Shown here: piece after piece, positions 1-14,035 of the stretch
How the letters are laid out: every line of letters starts with the position of its first letter
Numbering within the stretch: the first letter of the stretch is position 1
Assembly (NCBI GenBank): GCA_964057225.1
Contig: OZ059896.1
Coordinates: 14,322,001-14,386,000, forward strand
Length of the DNA: 64,000 nucleotides
Reading direction: 5' to 3'
Source: Auanema rhodensis
Taxonomy: Eukaryota > Animalia > Nematoda
Notes under the pieces: model-generated
Database searches by the model: none
What the model was told of the DNA's origin: nothing
The model's input: only the letters and a program-made list of their open reading frames with translations
Program-made: the position numbers and the translations under genes

Positions 1-1977
1 TTAGCGAAATCATCTGATACCCCATCCAAGGAATCATTAAAATATTCAAGGGCATCTTCAAAATAACTATCAGAATCATCATCTTCGTCTTCATCTGTAA
101 ATTCATTATATTCAATGTATTCTTTGCAAACAATGCGTACCGCTCACAGATCCAAATGATAATCTACGGTTAACGCTTTCTTCTTTGTGTTCAGTGGACT
201 CCGAGGCGGTCAATCGTTTTCCTCGGAAAAAATCTTCGATTTCATCCAAACTCTAAGAAAAATATAAAATTGATGAATAAATACCATAAGTTATACCGAA
301 TTATCTTCCAAATTCAAAAGGCGATTACCAACGAAAAACCAAGATTCATTCCAGGGCACATTAGACTCCTTTGCTAGTTGTCGTCCTATTCTCTCATGTC
401 CCTAAAGAATATTTTGAATGTCGCTGTGCTATTTTCTAATGTAAATGGTAACTTTAGATTTATTTTTTTCACAAGCGAAAAAGAGAAACGATTGTATATA
501 GAAAGCAAAATATACTTTTTCTCCATCACTAAGTTTAATTTCTTTAATTTCTTTCTTGGGTGCTGTCCATTTTTTATAAAACATATCAGCATCAGACTGG
601 GAGATAAATGGTCCTGCACATGCTGCTAAGTTGAACTTATTCTTGTCTGGAGACGAATTAATACCAGACCTATAAAAAGTTATTAACAACACGAAGAGAA
701 TACGTAATTACCGTGAATCACAGATCGTTAGTTTCGGAAATTCATCAACTGGGAAAATTTTGGCAGATGTAGCGTCTAGGGCATTTCTGTATAAAGCTAC
801 AAACCAGCCTTTTAAGAGTAATTCAATCTCTTTCTGAAAATTCTCTATATGCAACTTTAAAATGAAATTAAAGCAACCTTTACAATAGCAACATCCTCAT
901 TTTTATATCGTTCGCATATCACATCGGCTGGCAACTTACTTTGGCTGAAAAATATAAATTAAAATATAATTTTTTTTTATTAATTCACATACTTGTTTTT
1001 TAAAACTTTTTCTATTAAATGCTGTGATAACAAAACTCTTACAACATCTCGATGACCAAATTTAGCGGCCATGTGAAGTGGTGTCTCACAGCTTCCCTAT
1101 AATGAAGTAAAAACATAATAACGGAACTTATAGATTACTACACACCTTATCGGGAGTATTAAGATATGAACGTAAAATATTTTCTCTTCTGAATAAAACG
1201 TCATCCTTAGATGTACCATAGCACTTTAAATAATAATCCACATCTGTAAACCAAACAAATATCAAATACAATACAAGAGAAATAAATTTCAAACCATTCA
1301 AACGTTTAAATAGTTCAGTTATTATTTTAATTTTTCCAGATTTTGCGGCAATATGTAAAATATTGAAACGGAATCCTTCCTTAAATTTAAAAATTATACC
1401 AAGAACACAATTATGGACAAATTTAAAAGTACCATTATTATAGTAGCCGTGTCACCACTAGTATTTATAAGATATCGCGGATTGGAATCAATTAGAGCAC
1501 TAAATTACCGATTCAAAGATAACAAGAAAAACGAAGGGTACTAACCAAAACTGTTCTACCTCATTTTTCTCAACATGCTTCTTCATAACAGTTTTCTTAT
1601 ATGGATCTACGGAAGGAAATAAATTACCAGGTTCGGAAGCAGAAACTGTTTCTTCCCTGAACATCGATTGTTACAAAAGTTTACATTTAAATTTAGCCCA
1701 CCTAACTACCATCGGTGAAACACACGCATCACCAGAAGCTAAAAAATTAAGAGCGTCCTGAGAAGATGAAAATCTCTTAAATCGAGCACCTGAAACATAA
1801 AAACTGTGAAAGAAATTCACTAATCTCCAAACCATTGCTTTTAGCTTCTGGTGAAGTTACAAATTTTGTAGCTTCTTTTACACTTAAGAAAACTTCTTTG
1901 GGAGAATTCGGAAAGTTGTTTTCGTAATATACAGCAAATACAGGACTTCGACAGTCGTTATCGGGAGTTTTTGTCAT
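1..1977 (-). CDS. lem-4: ANKLE2/LEM-4-like ankyrin repeat protein (multi-exon, 3' end runs off the window)
   Basis: Spliced translation gives MTKTPD...[16 protein letters not shown] (caulimovirus-like N-terminal motif), [30 protein letters not shown] and [26 protein letters not shown] introns; TTTCAG lies 1 nt before the ATG. Confidence 0.88.
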
Positions 1978-2379
1978 GCTGAAACCAGTATTCTGTTACA
2001 TAAATTACATTTGGAATTATTAAGTATTGGCATTGTAAGAATATTTGAAAAAATGATGACCTGAATTTAATTTCGAGGTTGACAAGCAAGAACTCAGCTT
2101 AAATATAAGTACCATATGTGCAACTAGTTAAAAACACTTTTTACAACCCAGTAATCAATTTCAAAACAGTGTTCAACGGTACGCAAATTATCCTCGTTTC
2201 ATCATAAGTTTCAACACTGCTCATGGGCTGTAAAAAGTTTCAGAACTCCAACCAGCCTCATGTATGTTTCATAATACAAAGAGAAATAATTAATACATAC
2301 TCCAAGTAGTGAACGTATTTCATCCAAATCTCAGCATTTCCTCAGCGGCTAGGCTATATTCAAATGTTTATAAAATAAA

Positions 2380-2460
2380 AAAGTCGCAACCGTGCGTTGG
2401 TGTGTTTTCATTTTGGCGGCTAAAACGAAGGGGTGGCGTTATCGCGCATTATAGTTACAA
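2380..2460. promoter_or_regulatory. Bidirectional promoter between lem-4 and the chromo-MED9-RABIF-LSM3 cluster
   Basis: CpG-containing island in an AT-rich background between head-to-head genes, with E2F-like TTTGGCGG and GGTGGCG. Confidence 0.45.
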
Positions 2461-2513
2461 GCTCGTTATTGAGCCTTTGCTTTATACTCGTTTAATTTTG
2501 TATATTATTCATA

Positions 2514-3001
2514 ATGGCTTCTAATGAATATAAAATCAGACGGATTTTAGATGAAGAACCCAGCACTGGAAGAGTAAGTTTTTTCATAAAATATTCTTTT
2601 AATTATCAATTATGTTTAGGGTAATTTCACCTTGAAATATTTGGTTGATTGGGAGCCATCTCTTTTGGATGCTAGGAACGTCAGCAGTAAGCCATTTTTA
2701 TTTATTTTTTTAATATTTGACTATGCTAAGAAGATGCCAAGGAATGTTATAAGTTTGGAATAGTAGTCCAAGGACCAGCTGAGATACAAGATGATGGCAA
2801 AAGTGCTACCGACTTCTCCAAAATGGATTGGATCATTTTCAAGTAAATTTAATGTGTGTAAACATTGTATATATATTTATTTTTAGAGTTGAAAAAAGTA
2901 ATCCGAAAAATGTGGCAGTTCTTAAAATAGATTATGAACGTTTGAAGAAAGAATACCCACAAGAGCTCATTAACTATTTTGAGCGACAAAGTTCTGTTTA
3001 A
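2514..3001 (+). CDS. Small chromo-like/chromoshadow-like protein (~117 aa, 4 exons)
   Basis: Spliced: MASNEYKIRRILDEE...KYLVDWEPS (chromo-like) and ...IDYERLKKEYPQELINYFERQ (chromoshadow C-terminal helix). Three GT-AG introns keep the frame. Confidence 0.65.
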
Positions 3002-3255
3002 AGTTGTATAATTTTTAGTATGATCTCGAATTTGTATGGTCATTTTCCTTTGATGTATGCATTTTATAGTTATTCTTACTTTGTCGTTCACTAATCAATC
3101 TTAATAATACTCGAGATCTTTTTAAAAAAAAGTTAACTTGGTATAATAATAGTTTTATACATAAACTTCTTCTGTATCGGTTATAAGCCATGGAAACTAT
3201 TTTAAAGTTTGCTAATTTACGTGTTTTTACGTTCAATTTAGTTGCTCTTGTCTTT

Positions 3256-3767
3256 ATGAGCAACTCGACTAAAACAGGAACTGCAGCAGATTGTGTTAAA
3301 CTAGTCAATAAGAGCTATTCTGATCTACTGAATCTTCTTAGCTCGTAAGTTCTCCAATATTAATTTCTTTATTTTTGTTGCCATAAAATTTTAAGGTTTG
3401 ACAAGGGAGCAACATCAGAGTTAACACAAAGACTTCGTCAAGTTGAAACAGGTTAATGTCTTCTAAAACTTATAAATCAATATTCATTTTTTGAATTTAT
3501 AATTTATGCACTTTGTTCATAAATTAAATTTGCATTCTTTAATTTTTCAGCTGTTCAAGATTTACGAGAATCTGTAAAACAGATCCCTGATATTGGGTCA
3601 GAAGAACAGAAACAAAGAGAGAAAATAAAAGATCTTTACCGGTATTTCCAAAATTTAAAAAAATAAATAAGGAGGAGAAATATTTTAGTCAAATCAGATT
3701 GAAAGACGAACTCATTGAATCTTTCGGAAATTACAATGTTGTCGACGGAACAAGTACGACATTTTAA
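3256..3767 (+). CDS. mdt-9: Mediator subunit MED9
   Basis: Exons 3256-3344, 3396-3451, 3551-3641 and 3689-3767. The C-terminus VKQIPDIGSEEQKQREKIKDLYRQIRLKDELIESF matches the MED9 coiled-coil pattern. Confidence 0.72.
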
Positions 3768-4176
3768 TTTTTTTTTAAATTATAAATTTCTCGTATTTCG
3801 GGCTCTTGAAACGAAGAAAAACGAAAAAGTCATTATTTGCAAGCACTGTCAGAGCATAATTCTGTTAAGTGACAAAGGAATTTGGACTGATAAAACATAT
3901 GACATTCCACTCCCAACGCAGAAAAAAGGAGAACAAACTCAAAAGGTTTTTTTCTATATATTCTAGCTCTTTTATAATAGTGTATAATAGGAATCTTTAA
4001 CTGGATTCTGGTATGTGACTGATAAGTTCGATTTCGAAAATGCGGGATTCACAAATTCCGTTGATGGTTGTCGATATCTGACTTGCGCCGATTGTGATTT
4101 CGGGCCAATTGGAATTGCTGATAAAGATCCTGAGCAATATCTTATTGCTCCCAGCCGTATTCTATATAAGGAATAA
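3736..4176 (+). CDS. RABIF: RABIF/Mss4 Rab chaperone (Zn-binding), overlapping the end of MED9
   Basis: KNEKVIICKHCQSIIL...FWYVTDKFDFENAGFTNSVDGCRYLTCADCDFGPIG is the Mss4 signature. Intron at 3946-3990 and a probable one at 3754-3801. Confidence 0.9.
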
Positions 4177-4325
4177 CTTTCTCATTTGTCTATGTTGTGA
4201 TTTTGTATTTTTCGAATAAAACTATTTTCTTATTTAAGAGTACCTTGCTTTTGGGTCAATCATCCACATTATCTTAGATTGTTATTACCATATTTGCTTA
4301 AGTTAATGTCATTTTATAGATTGCC

Positions 4326-4900
4326 ATGGCTTCTGAAAAGAAAGAACCCCAGGTATTTACAGAATCATTTGAGATCTAACATTTACTTTTTTTTGTTTCA
4401 GACTCTTGGATCTACTGTGGAAGAACCACTTGATTTGATTAGACTCAGTTTAGACGAAAAGGTTTTCATAAAAATGAGAAATGATCGCGAGGTTAGAATT
4501 TAAAAATTTAAAAATTATTTTCATTCATTTCATTAATTTGCTTAGATTAGAGGAAAACTTCACGCATTCGATCAACATTTGAATATGATCCTTTCAGACG
4601 TAAGTTATCTTGGCACAAATGTTACTATTGAAACCCTTGTCTGTGTGCCGCCATAGCTCAGTCGGTTAGAGCGTGGGTCTAATAAGCCCAAGGTCGCAGG
4701 TTCGACCCCTGCTGGCGGCAAAACATTTTTGCTATTTCTTATTTTAAAATTTTCTTCAGGTGGAGGAGACTGTAACTACTACCGAAGTAGACGATGAATC
4801 CTTCGAAGCTATTTATCATCAGACAAAGAGAAATATTCCAATGTTATTTGTAAGAGGAGATGCTGTTATCTTGGTCTCACCTCCAGTGAGAGCAAGTTAA
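4326..4900 (+). CDS. lsm-3: U6 snRNA-associated Sm-like protein LSm3
   Basis: [47 protein letters not shown]...[17 protein letters not shown]; 4 exons. Confidence 0.96.
4647..4720 (+). tRNA. tRNA-Ile(AAT), inside lsm-3 intron 3, sense orientation
   Basis: GCCGCCA/TGGCGGC acceptor stem, D-arm TAGCTCAGTCGGTTAGAGC, anticodon loop CTAATAA, T-loop GGTTCGACCCC and a downstream T-run terminator. Confidence 0.97.
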
Positions 4901-5250
4901 TTTGTTGTTTTTATTTCATTGTTTTCAAAAAAATATGTCGTAGAATTCACTTCAATGAATTTTAACCGAATTCGCATTTTTTTTATTTTTTAAAGAACAC
5001 AGTAACCGCAAATGCAATGCTTCTCATATGTTGATCAGAACGCTTTTTAGACGGAATTAACTTATTTTTCTTAGAACCTCATTCGTAATTCGAGCTTTTG
5101 TCGACTGAATATTGGATTAAGACTTTAGAATACGGAAAAGGGGTTGGAAGATATGTATATGAGTTCTACAGTATGCTTGAATCGGAACAAGGTAGAAGGG
5201 CGGAGTCAGCGCTGGTGTGTGGCGGAGGGTAGCCAATCGGTTGACTAAGC

Positions 5251-7623
<2,373 letters not shown>

Positions 7624-8897
7624 AGTAGAATTTTTGAGATTGTGGGCCTAATAATTCTATCCAAATACCTCAACTACTGCAATTCCTTTTTCCATATTTA
7701 CTCGTTATACGGCTAGCCACCAGCATATTACATATATTAATTTATAAATCTTTTTTTTTTTGTATTTAGTGTTTTACTATGCTTTTCAGTTTACTAACAG
7801 TTTTGTACCTTTCTAAATTAAAAAATATAAATAAATATTATCATCGTATGTATATTTTTATACTTTAACCTTCGAGAAAAAAAGATATTTTCAATAACAA
7901 AAAAGAAGCTAGAATCTAATTGTTAAATGACGCGAAACAACATGTCATTACAACCAGAACAAACAACTAAGGAAGGTCATTTTTCATATTCAAACAATGA
8001 TTTTCATGATTAGAATGTACTTGTGGATATCTTTTATATGTGATTGAAATTTTTTCATGAAAACGCTATATTGCATATTAGCATCAGTTAGTTATGACAA
8101 CTTGCTAGTAGTAGTACTAATCGTGTCATCACTGACTTCACTTGATGACAACCAACAATTATGATGAAATGGTTGTCGGCTGTCAGCATTCAGTCTATTC
8201 ACTTCTCATGTTTCTCTATTCATTCATATATCATTAATTACTGCTTGACAAACCTAGGTTTGTAAACGACCTCAGCCTTTATCGAATGGCCATCGCGATG
8301 ATTCAATTGAGGAGCCTTAACTCCCATATTGGTGGTCCAACTTTGAAACTTATAGAAATTACGTCGGGAAAGATAACAGGAAATGTACATTTCTGTAAAA
8401 ATTGTCAAACAATTAGTTTACAAGCATACTTCAGCTCATGACGCTGATTTTCCCAAGGCAACTTGTTGGCTGTAAATAGGATTGGCCTCAATGATCACTA
8501 TTGAATACCCATATTGATGACAATGTGATTCAGCCCTTTAAGGATATTATAGAAGGTCGGAGAGTCGGAAGTGAGAGAAAGTGTGACCTGTAGGTTTATA
8601 GAACATGGCGGCAACATAAGATCAGTGAGAAGTCTGTCGGATTATCGTTGAAAGAAGTTAGAATAGGGCCTGAACTCGTCAAGAAAATAGTACATCATGA
8701 TATTGCTTAACTCAATTATTTGAAAATAAATCTGGCTAATTCAATTTGTACCAAGTAACCCCAAAGGAATCAAATCCACTTTAAGTAATGACAAGGCTCA
8801 CGCTAACTCATTTATGACCACCTCCTGTGCAAAAACATGGCAGATGCTATAAGATACCTCCAGATGTGCTATATGAAATCTTACAATGCTTTAGACT

Positions 8898-11800
8898 TTA
8901 ATTAACAACTGGAAAAAAGGTAACAACAAATCAATATCAACAACAATTTAACTTAATCTGCTTCATTACCTATTGATGTTGATAAATCAAAATCAACAGA
9001 TAATCCTGCAATGGCAGGCTTGACAAGCTTCAGTTGAATACGAGGTCTTTGTTCATTCTTTTCATTTAATGAAATGTGAACAGACACCTTATCTGCAATA
9101 ACAAGGCATGAAAAACAAATTTAGAACTAGAACGGTTACCTAATTCTCTAATTGTCATATTATCAGCTCTTACACAGGCATTTTCTAAATCTATTACAGT
9201 ACCTAAGCCTTCCTGGAGTACAATTATAGATTCTAATCCATATTTGGGAACAAACACCTTTGAAGTATTTTTTTAAAAATCTTATATATACTTTGACACC
9301 TACTTGAACTCCATTAGAGCGAACACCCATAATGAAACCATCGGCAACCTCTTCTCTCCCTTTGAAGTATGTTAGTACATTAAGCTGTACAGATGCTCTA
9401 CCAGCATACTGTGCTTGTTTATGTCTGAATATAATAATATATGCTTTTATTTACGGAACTATACCTGTAGTTAATATTAGCAGACACTCTTTGGACTGCA
9501 CTTTGCTGCAGTAAACCAGCAGCAATATCATCAGCACCTACACAAGCAGCTAACAGACGATGAACAATTACATCTGCATATCTGTATAACAAGAAATTTA
9601 ATGATGTATTAGATTTGAAAAAAACCTTCTGATAGGAGAAGTAAAATGAGTGTAAATGGGACATGCAAGACCAAAGTGCACATATTGAGGAACAGGAATT
9701 GTACCTAAAAATTAAGTTGAGTAAACAAATGCATCTATGAGAATTCATTAATTTTTACTAACCTGCACTGAAATATACAGCTTGTGTCATGCATCTGGTA
9801 GTTAACATTCTTAATAATCTGTTGAGCATAGGATTTTTGCTGTCAATAGCGCGATTTAAAGAATCGGCTAAAGCTTTACCACTTTCGGTATTAATTTCAA
9901 AACCTCTCAAGCTGGCAGCCTAAAATAATACTTAAAAAAGTTTAAACAAGAATGAACTAACTTCAACTAGAGTTTTATAACTCTCTTTAGTTGGTACAGG
10001 GTGACGACGTAACAGAGCACAATCAGGATATTCTGAGAGGATCTTCTCGGCAACAGAAATATTGGCTAAGAGCATGAACTCTTCAACCATACTGTTAGTA
10101 TCTAAAGCCTCTTTTTCCATTACTGCTTTAGGTGTACGAGTTTCCCAGTCCATATCGAAACGAATCTTGAACAAATTGTTTTTATCATAAAAATAGTGTA
10201 TCTTTTATTACCTCAGAAGACGCTAAAGTCAAAGCACCATTAGCTGTTCTTTTATTCTTCAACACCTTAGAAAGTTTCATTAACCCACGAAGACTGATTG
10301 TAATATCGTCATTCTGAGAACAGATAAGTTAACACTGAAATCAAACAGAAAATGATTCACCATATCAGAATTATCAATACGCTCCTGGGCTTCTTTATAG
10401 GTGAGAGCTGCACTTGATTTTATTAAAGACTTATGATATTTCGCTGAAATAATCTCAGCTTCTGAAGTCATAGTCCAAATAACAGAAAATGCATAACTAA
10501 AATTAACCAATAAGGAAAAAAAGAAAAAACAAAAGATTGAACCGTTCAACTCCTCCTCTTAAAGAACAGAGATTTCCACTCAAAAGTTCCGGTAACATAT
10601 CAATTCTACGATCACAGAGATAAACAGTAGTCCCTCTATTAGCAGCTTCTTGGTCGATTGCTGTTCCGGGTCGTACAAAATGAGTAACATCAGCAATGTG
10701 TACACCAACCTTAAAAACGAACATAGAAAAGAAACATTCAACTTCATATATGCCTCGAATAATCCATTTTCCAAAGGACGACAGTGAAGAGCATCATCAA
10801 TATCAGTACAGCCGGGGGGATCTACCTGAAATTGAAAAAGTCAAATCAAAAATCAATCGATCATGACTAAACATGAAAAAACGCATGTGAATCTCACAAA
10901 ACTATAAATAAGAATACATGTATATATAAACAAAAAGTAAATAAGAAAAAAATAACATTAAGAAACTTACAGAACAAATAGTAAGATGACGTAAGTCAAC
11001 TCTAGGAGCTTGTAGTTTTGAAACCCATTCACCCTTCGGCAAGCAGTCTAAAACTTCTTCTGAGAAGGGAGAATGGGGAATATCATGCTCGAGTAGAAGA
11101 ACCTAAATTATCAAAATCAATGAATTAACGATGATAATAATTATTATAAAATATTAAGAAATACAATACCTCGTTTTCAGTTTCTCTGTCTCCCAAGTTA
11201 CCCAAGGTTCGAACATAATGTCCAAGTGGATATTTGCTGTCCCTGGGCCACTGATCAACTTGAACAACAATTCGTTGATGAGCAAGAATATCAGCCTTGA
11301 AAATAAAAAACGTTTCAATAGAAATGGTAGCAGTGAAATTCATACCTGTTCAGTTTCAATGCGAATACGAGGAAGAAGGCGATCTGTAGGGCAGAACAAA
11401 TGCCTTCTTCTTCCTTTTATGGTACTTGGTAGAAGAATTCCACAATATGGTCTCCAATTTCTTTTAACAATTCCAACAACCTGAATAAGATAACAATTAG
11501 TATAGAAACTAAAAATACGTATTTACTTTAGCCGTTGGGATTACTTCCTTCTTCATTTTTTTAGCTGTAGGCTCATCATTAACCTCATCGTCAGCATCAT
11601 CGTCAGCTTTCAAATCGATTTCTTCTATGTCACGAAGAACTATTTTCTAAATTAAAATTACATGGAAGAAAATAATAAAAAAATATACTTTTGCCGGAGC
11701 AACCCATTGATCTTGAGGAAGAAGTTTAACAGCAACTGTATCACCATTCATAGCACGGTTACAATTCATTCCCTGAAAAATATAAAAAAAAGTTTATAAA

Positions 11801-12881
11801 TATAATTGTTGACATACTTGTATAAACCATGAAGTCATGTTAGCAGGATCTACTAATACAGTAGCTTCTTTATAGTTTTCGCGTGAAACCTAAATATATG
11901 CATACAACAACGTAAACATTCTGGTTTACCGTAAAATTTCCCTTTTTGATGGTGCCATCAGCGAATCCTTTCACAAGTTGATCATGAGACAAATGCTCTT
12001 CGAAAATGTCAATTCCACTTGATACACTGCTTTCATAAGCCATCATCTTGTTCAACAACTCAGTTTTCCCGTCGTCGACCATTCCTTCAATAAAGGGATT
12101 TTAAAACAGTTCTTTGTAAAACTTTAAACCTGATATATAATCTTTTATAGTCATTGCCTGAACGCCGTCAACTGCAACTCTAGCCACAATAGATTCATCA
12201 GCACACAAAACAATAGGAGAACATTTTGCTCCCCAATGATCATTCAGGTATTGTGCAGTTTTGTTCAGCATTTTTTCTAACCTAAAGTTTCATTAAGTTG
12301 AAGTAATCAAGTATGAAAAGTTACCGAAGTTCTTCAGTCAGCCCAGAAGCAGAAGGAACAAATGTTTTGTGATGAAATTCACTCATGAAAACGAAAAATC
12401 GTTCATTGACTTGTTCATAGCATATAGCATTAATCTTTTTAAAAGCCATAATTGACTTATTTTTAACAAATTCCCAGACTCCTTGGGTAATGATAACATT
12501 TCTTAAACAAATAATAGATTTTAAAAAATATAAAATTAAAAAACCAACTTGAGTAAGTCCGAATCAAAAAGATCATAAAATCTGATAAAACTTTGGTGAT
12601 CAACAATAATTGCATGTTCATTTGGACATTTACGATTAATTGATGAGGTACTTTCTTTTCCTATCGTATTTTTTCCCATTCCAAAACATGGCTCACATTT
12701 CTGGTGACCACAGGATATATCATTTCTTAAATATCTCTCTGCTACTCTCTAAAAATCATGAATAACAAAACTGAGTTAAGTTGATGAAAAATACCTTAAA
12801 TACTCGTCCAACTCTAGTTTTAAAATAAGAAGGAACTAATATTCTTTCTTCTATTCCACTTTGTTTCACATTTAATTCCAT
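8898..12881 (-). CDS. dis-3: Exosome catalytic subunit DIS3/RRP44
   Basis: PIN-domain N-terminus ([11 protein letters not shown]), RNB motif [30 protein letters not shown]-type motif and [10 protein letters not shown]. The stop is at 8953 if the last intron (8969-8909) is retained and at 8898 if it is spliced. Confidence 0.96.
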
Positions 12882-13125
12882 TTTTATGAGCTAAAAATGA
12901 AAAAAATCTAAATGCTGAATTTATAAAATAAAATTTTGAAGGAAAACTGTAAACGACGTCGCACGAAAAAGTGCACGATTTTTAAGCACAAAAAATACGA
13001 AAAGTCGCTGTTAACAATTAGGTTTCAAAAGTTTCACTTAGTTTCCTTATTTTCTATTAATATATTGATTTTGTTAACCTCTATAATCTTGCTCTCATTG
13101 TATAATTTCAGGATATTCATTTATT

Positions 13126-14035
13126 ATGTATATATTGCCCAAATTTTGCTCAAAAACAGCTTCTTTAAGTGGTCATAGGTTATTCTCAGCAAGTAGTATT
13201 CTATTTTCAACTGCTCAGGAGAAAGCTCCTCAAATCTCTTCCGAACCAGTAGGAATATTACTAAAATCTTGCTATAAAATTGCTATAAAGTTAATTTTAG
13301 ATAGCAATATTTCCAAGACCACAGGCTACTGTACCAACTTTCGAATGGTCTAGGACAATTGGTAATACAGTATGTGAAGTACTCTATAAGTTGAGTTTTG
13401 AGAAGAATTATACAAGAGAAAGCTTATTGATCGGAGCAAACCAGGTTTGATTCTAGCATCTAGTGAATATTTTAATGTTTGTTATCTAGGGTGCTGTTTT
13501 ACTAGCTAATGCTTTTATATCGAAGAACTGGAATAGTATAGGAAATGCAACAACTGAAGATTTATTAGAAAAGTTAAAACATGCTAGAGAAAGGTTTTTA
13601 CCAATTTGAGTGTGAAAAATATCTCATTTTTTTCAGATACTCTGATGAAAATGTCCAGTTGTTGCAGTACACAACGGATGACATCGTACATAGTTTTCTT
13701 CATTCAACTATAATAACAGGCAAAAAAATTTTCAAATGTAAGCTACTTCTTAGTTTTTTTCTATATTTATCAACGTTCTAGTGAGTGAACAAGGAAATCT
13801 TGGAATATATTTTACTGTAGTTACTTATGTGAGAAAAAATGATTCTGTTCCTGCTAGTATTACCTTAACAAAGGCAGTAGGAAAATACAAAAAAGATCTC
13901 ACTGCTGTTAATATAACGTAAGTCCAGTAATTTAACTATTGTTTTAGAAACAAGTTTCTTAGATTTGCTAGAACATTGAATCCTCTTGGGGTTTGGAAAG
14001 CTGTATCGTTCAATATGTTCAATTTACCTAATTGA
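13126..14035 (+). CDS. Mitochondrial MAIP1 (C2orf47)-like protein
   Basis: Mitochondrial-type presequence and 6 exons in frame. It contains the ...LLIGAKPGAVLLANAF...TTEDLLEKLK pattern and a C-terminal FARTLNPLGVWKAV. Confidence 0.55.

Noticed and set aside
2139-2162. Similarity to the SL2 leader (TTTTACAACCCAGTAATCAA)
   Set aside because: No following GT donor, Sm site or SL RNA hairpins.
5173-5232. 19-codon uORF before the Pax ATG
   Set aside because: It overlaps GC-box and CCAAT promoter-like sequence and may not be in the mRNA; there is no further support.
7970-8740. RNase P/MRP-like GGAAGGTC and GAAGGTCGG motifs
   Set aside because: No convincing P4 partner (CR-V) at a sensible distance.
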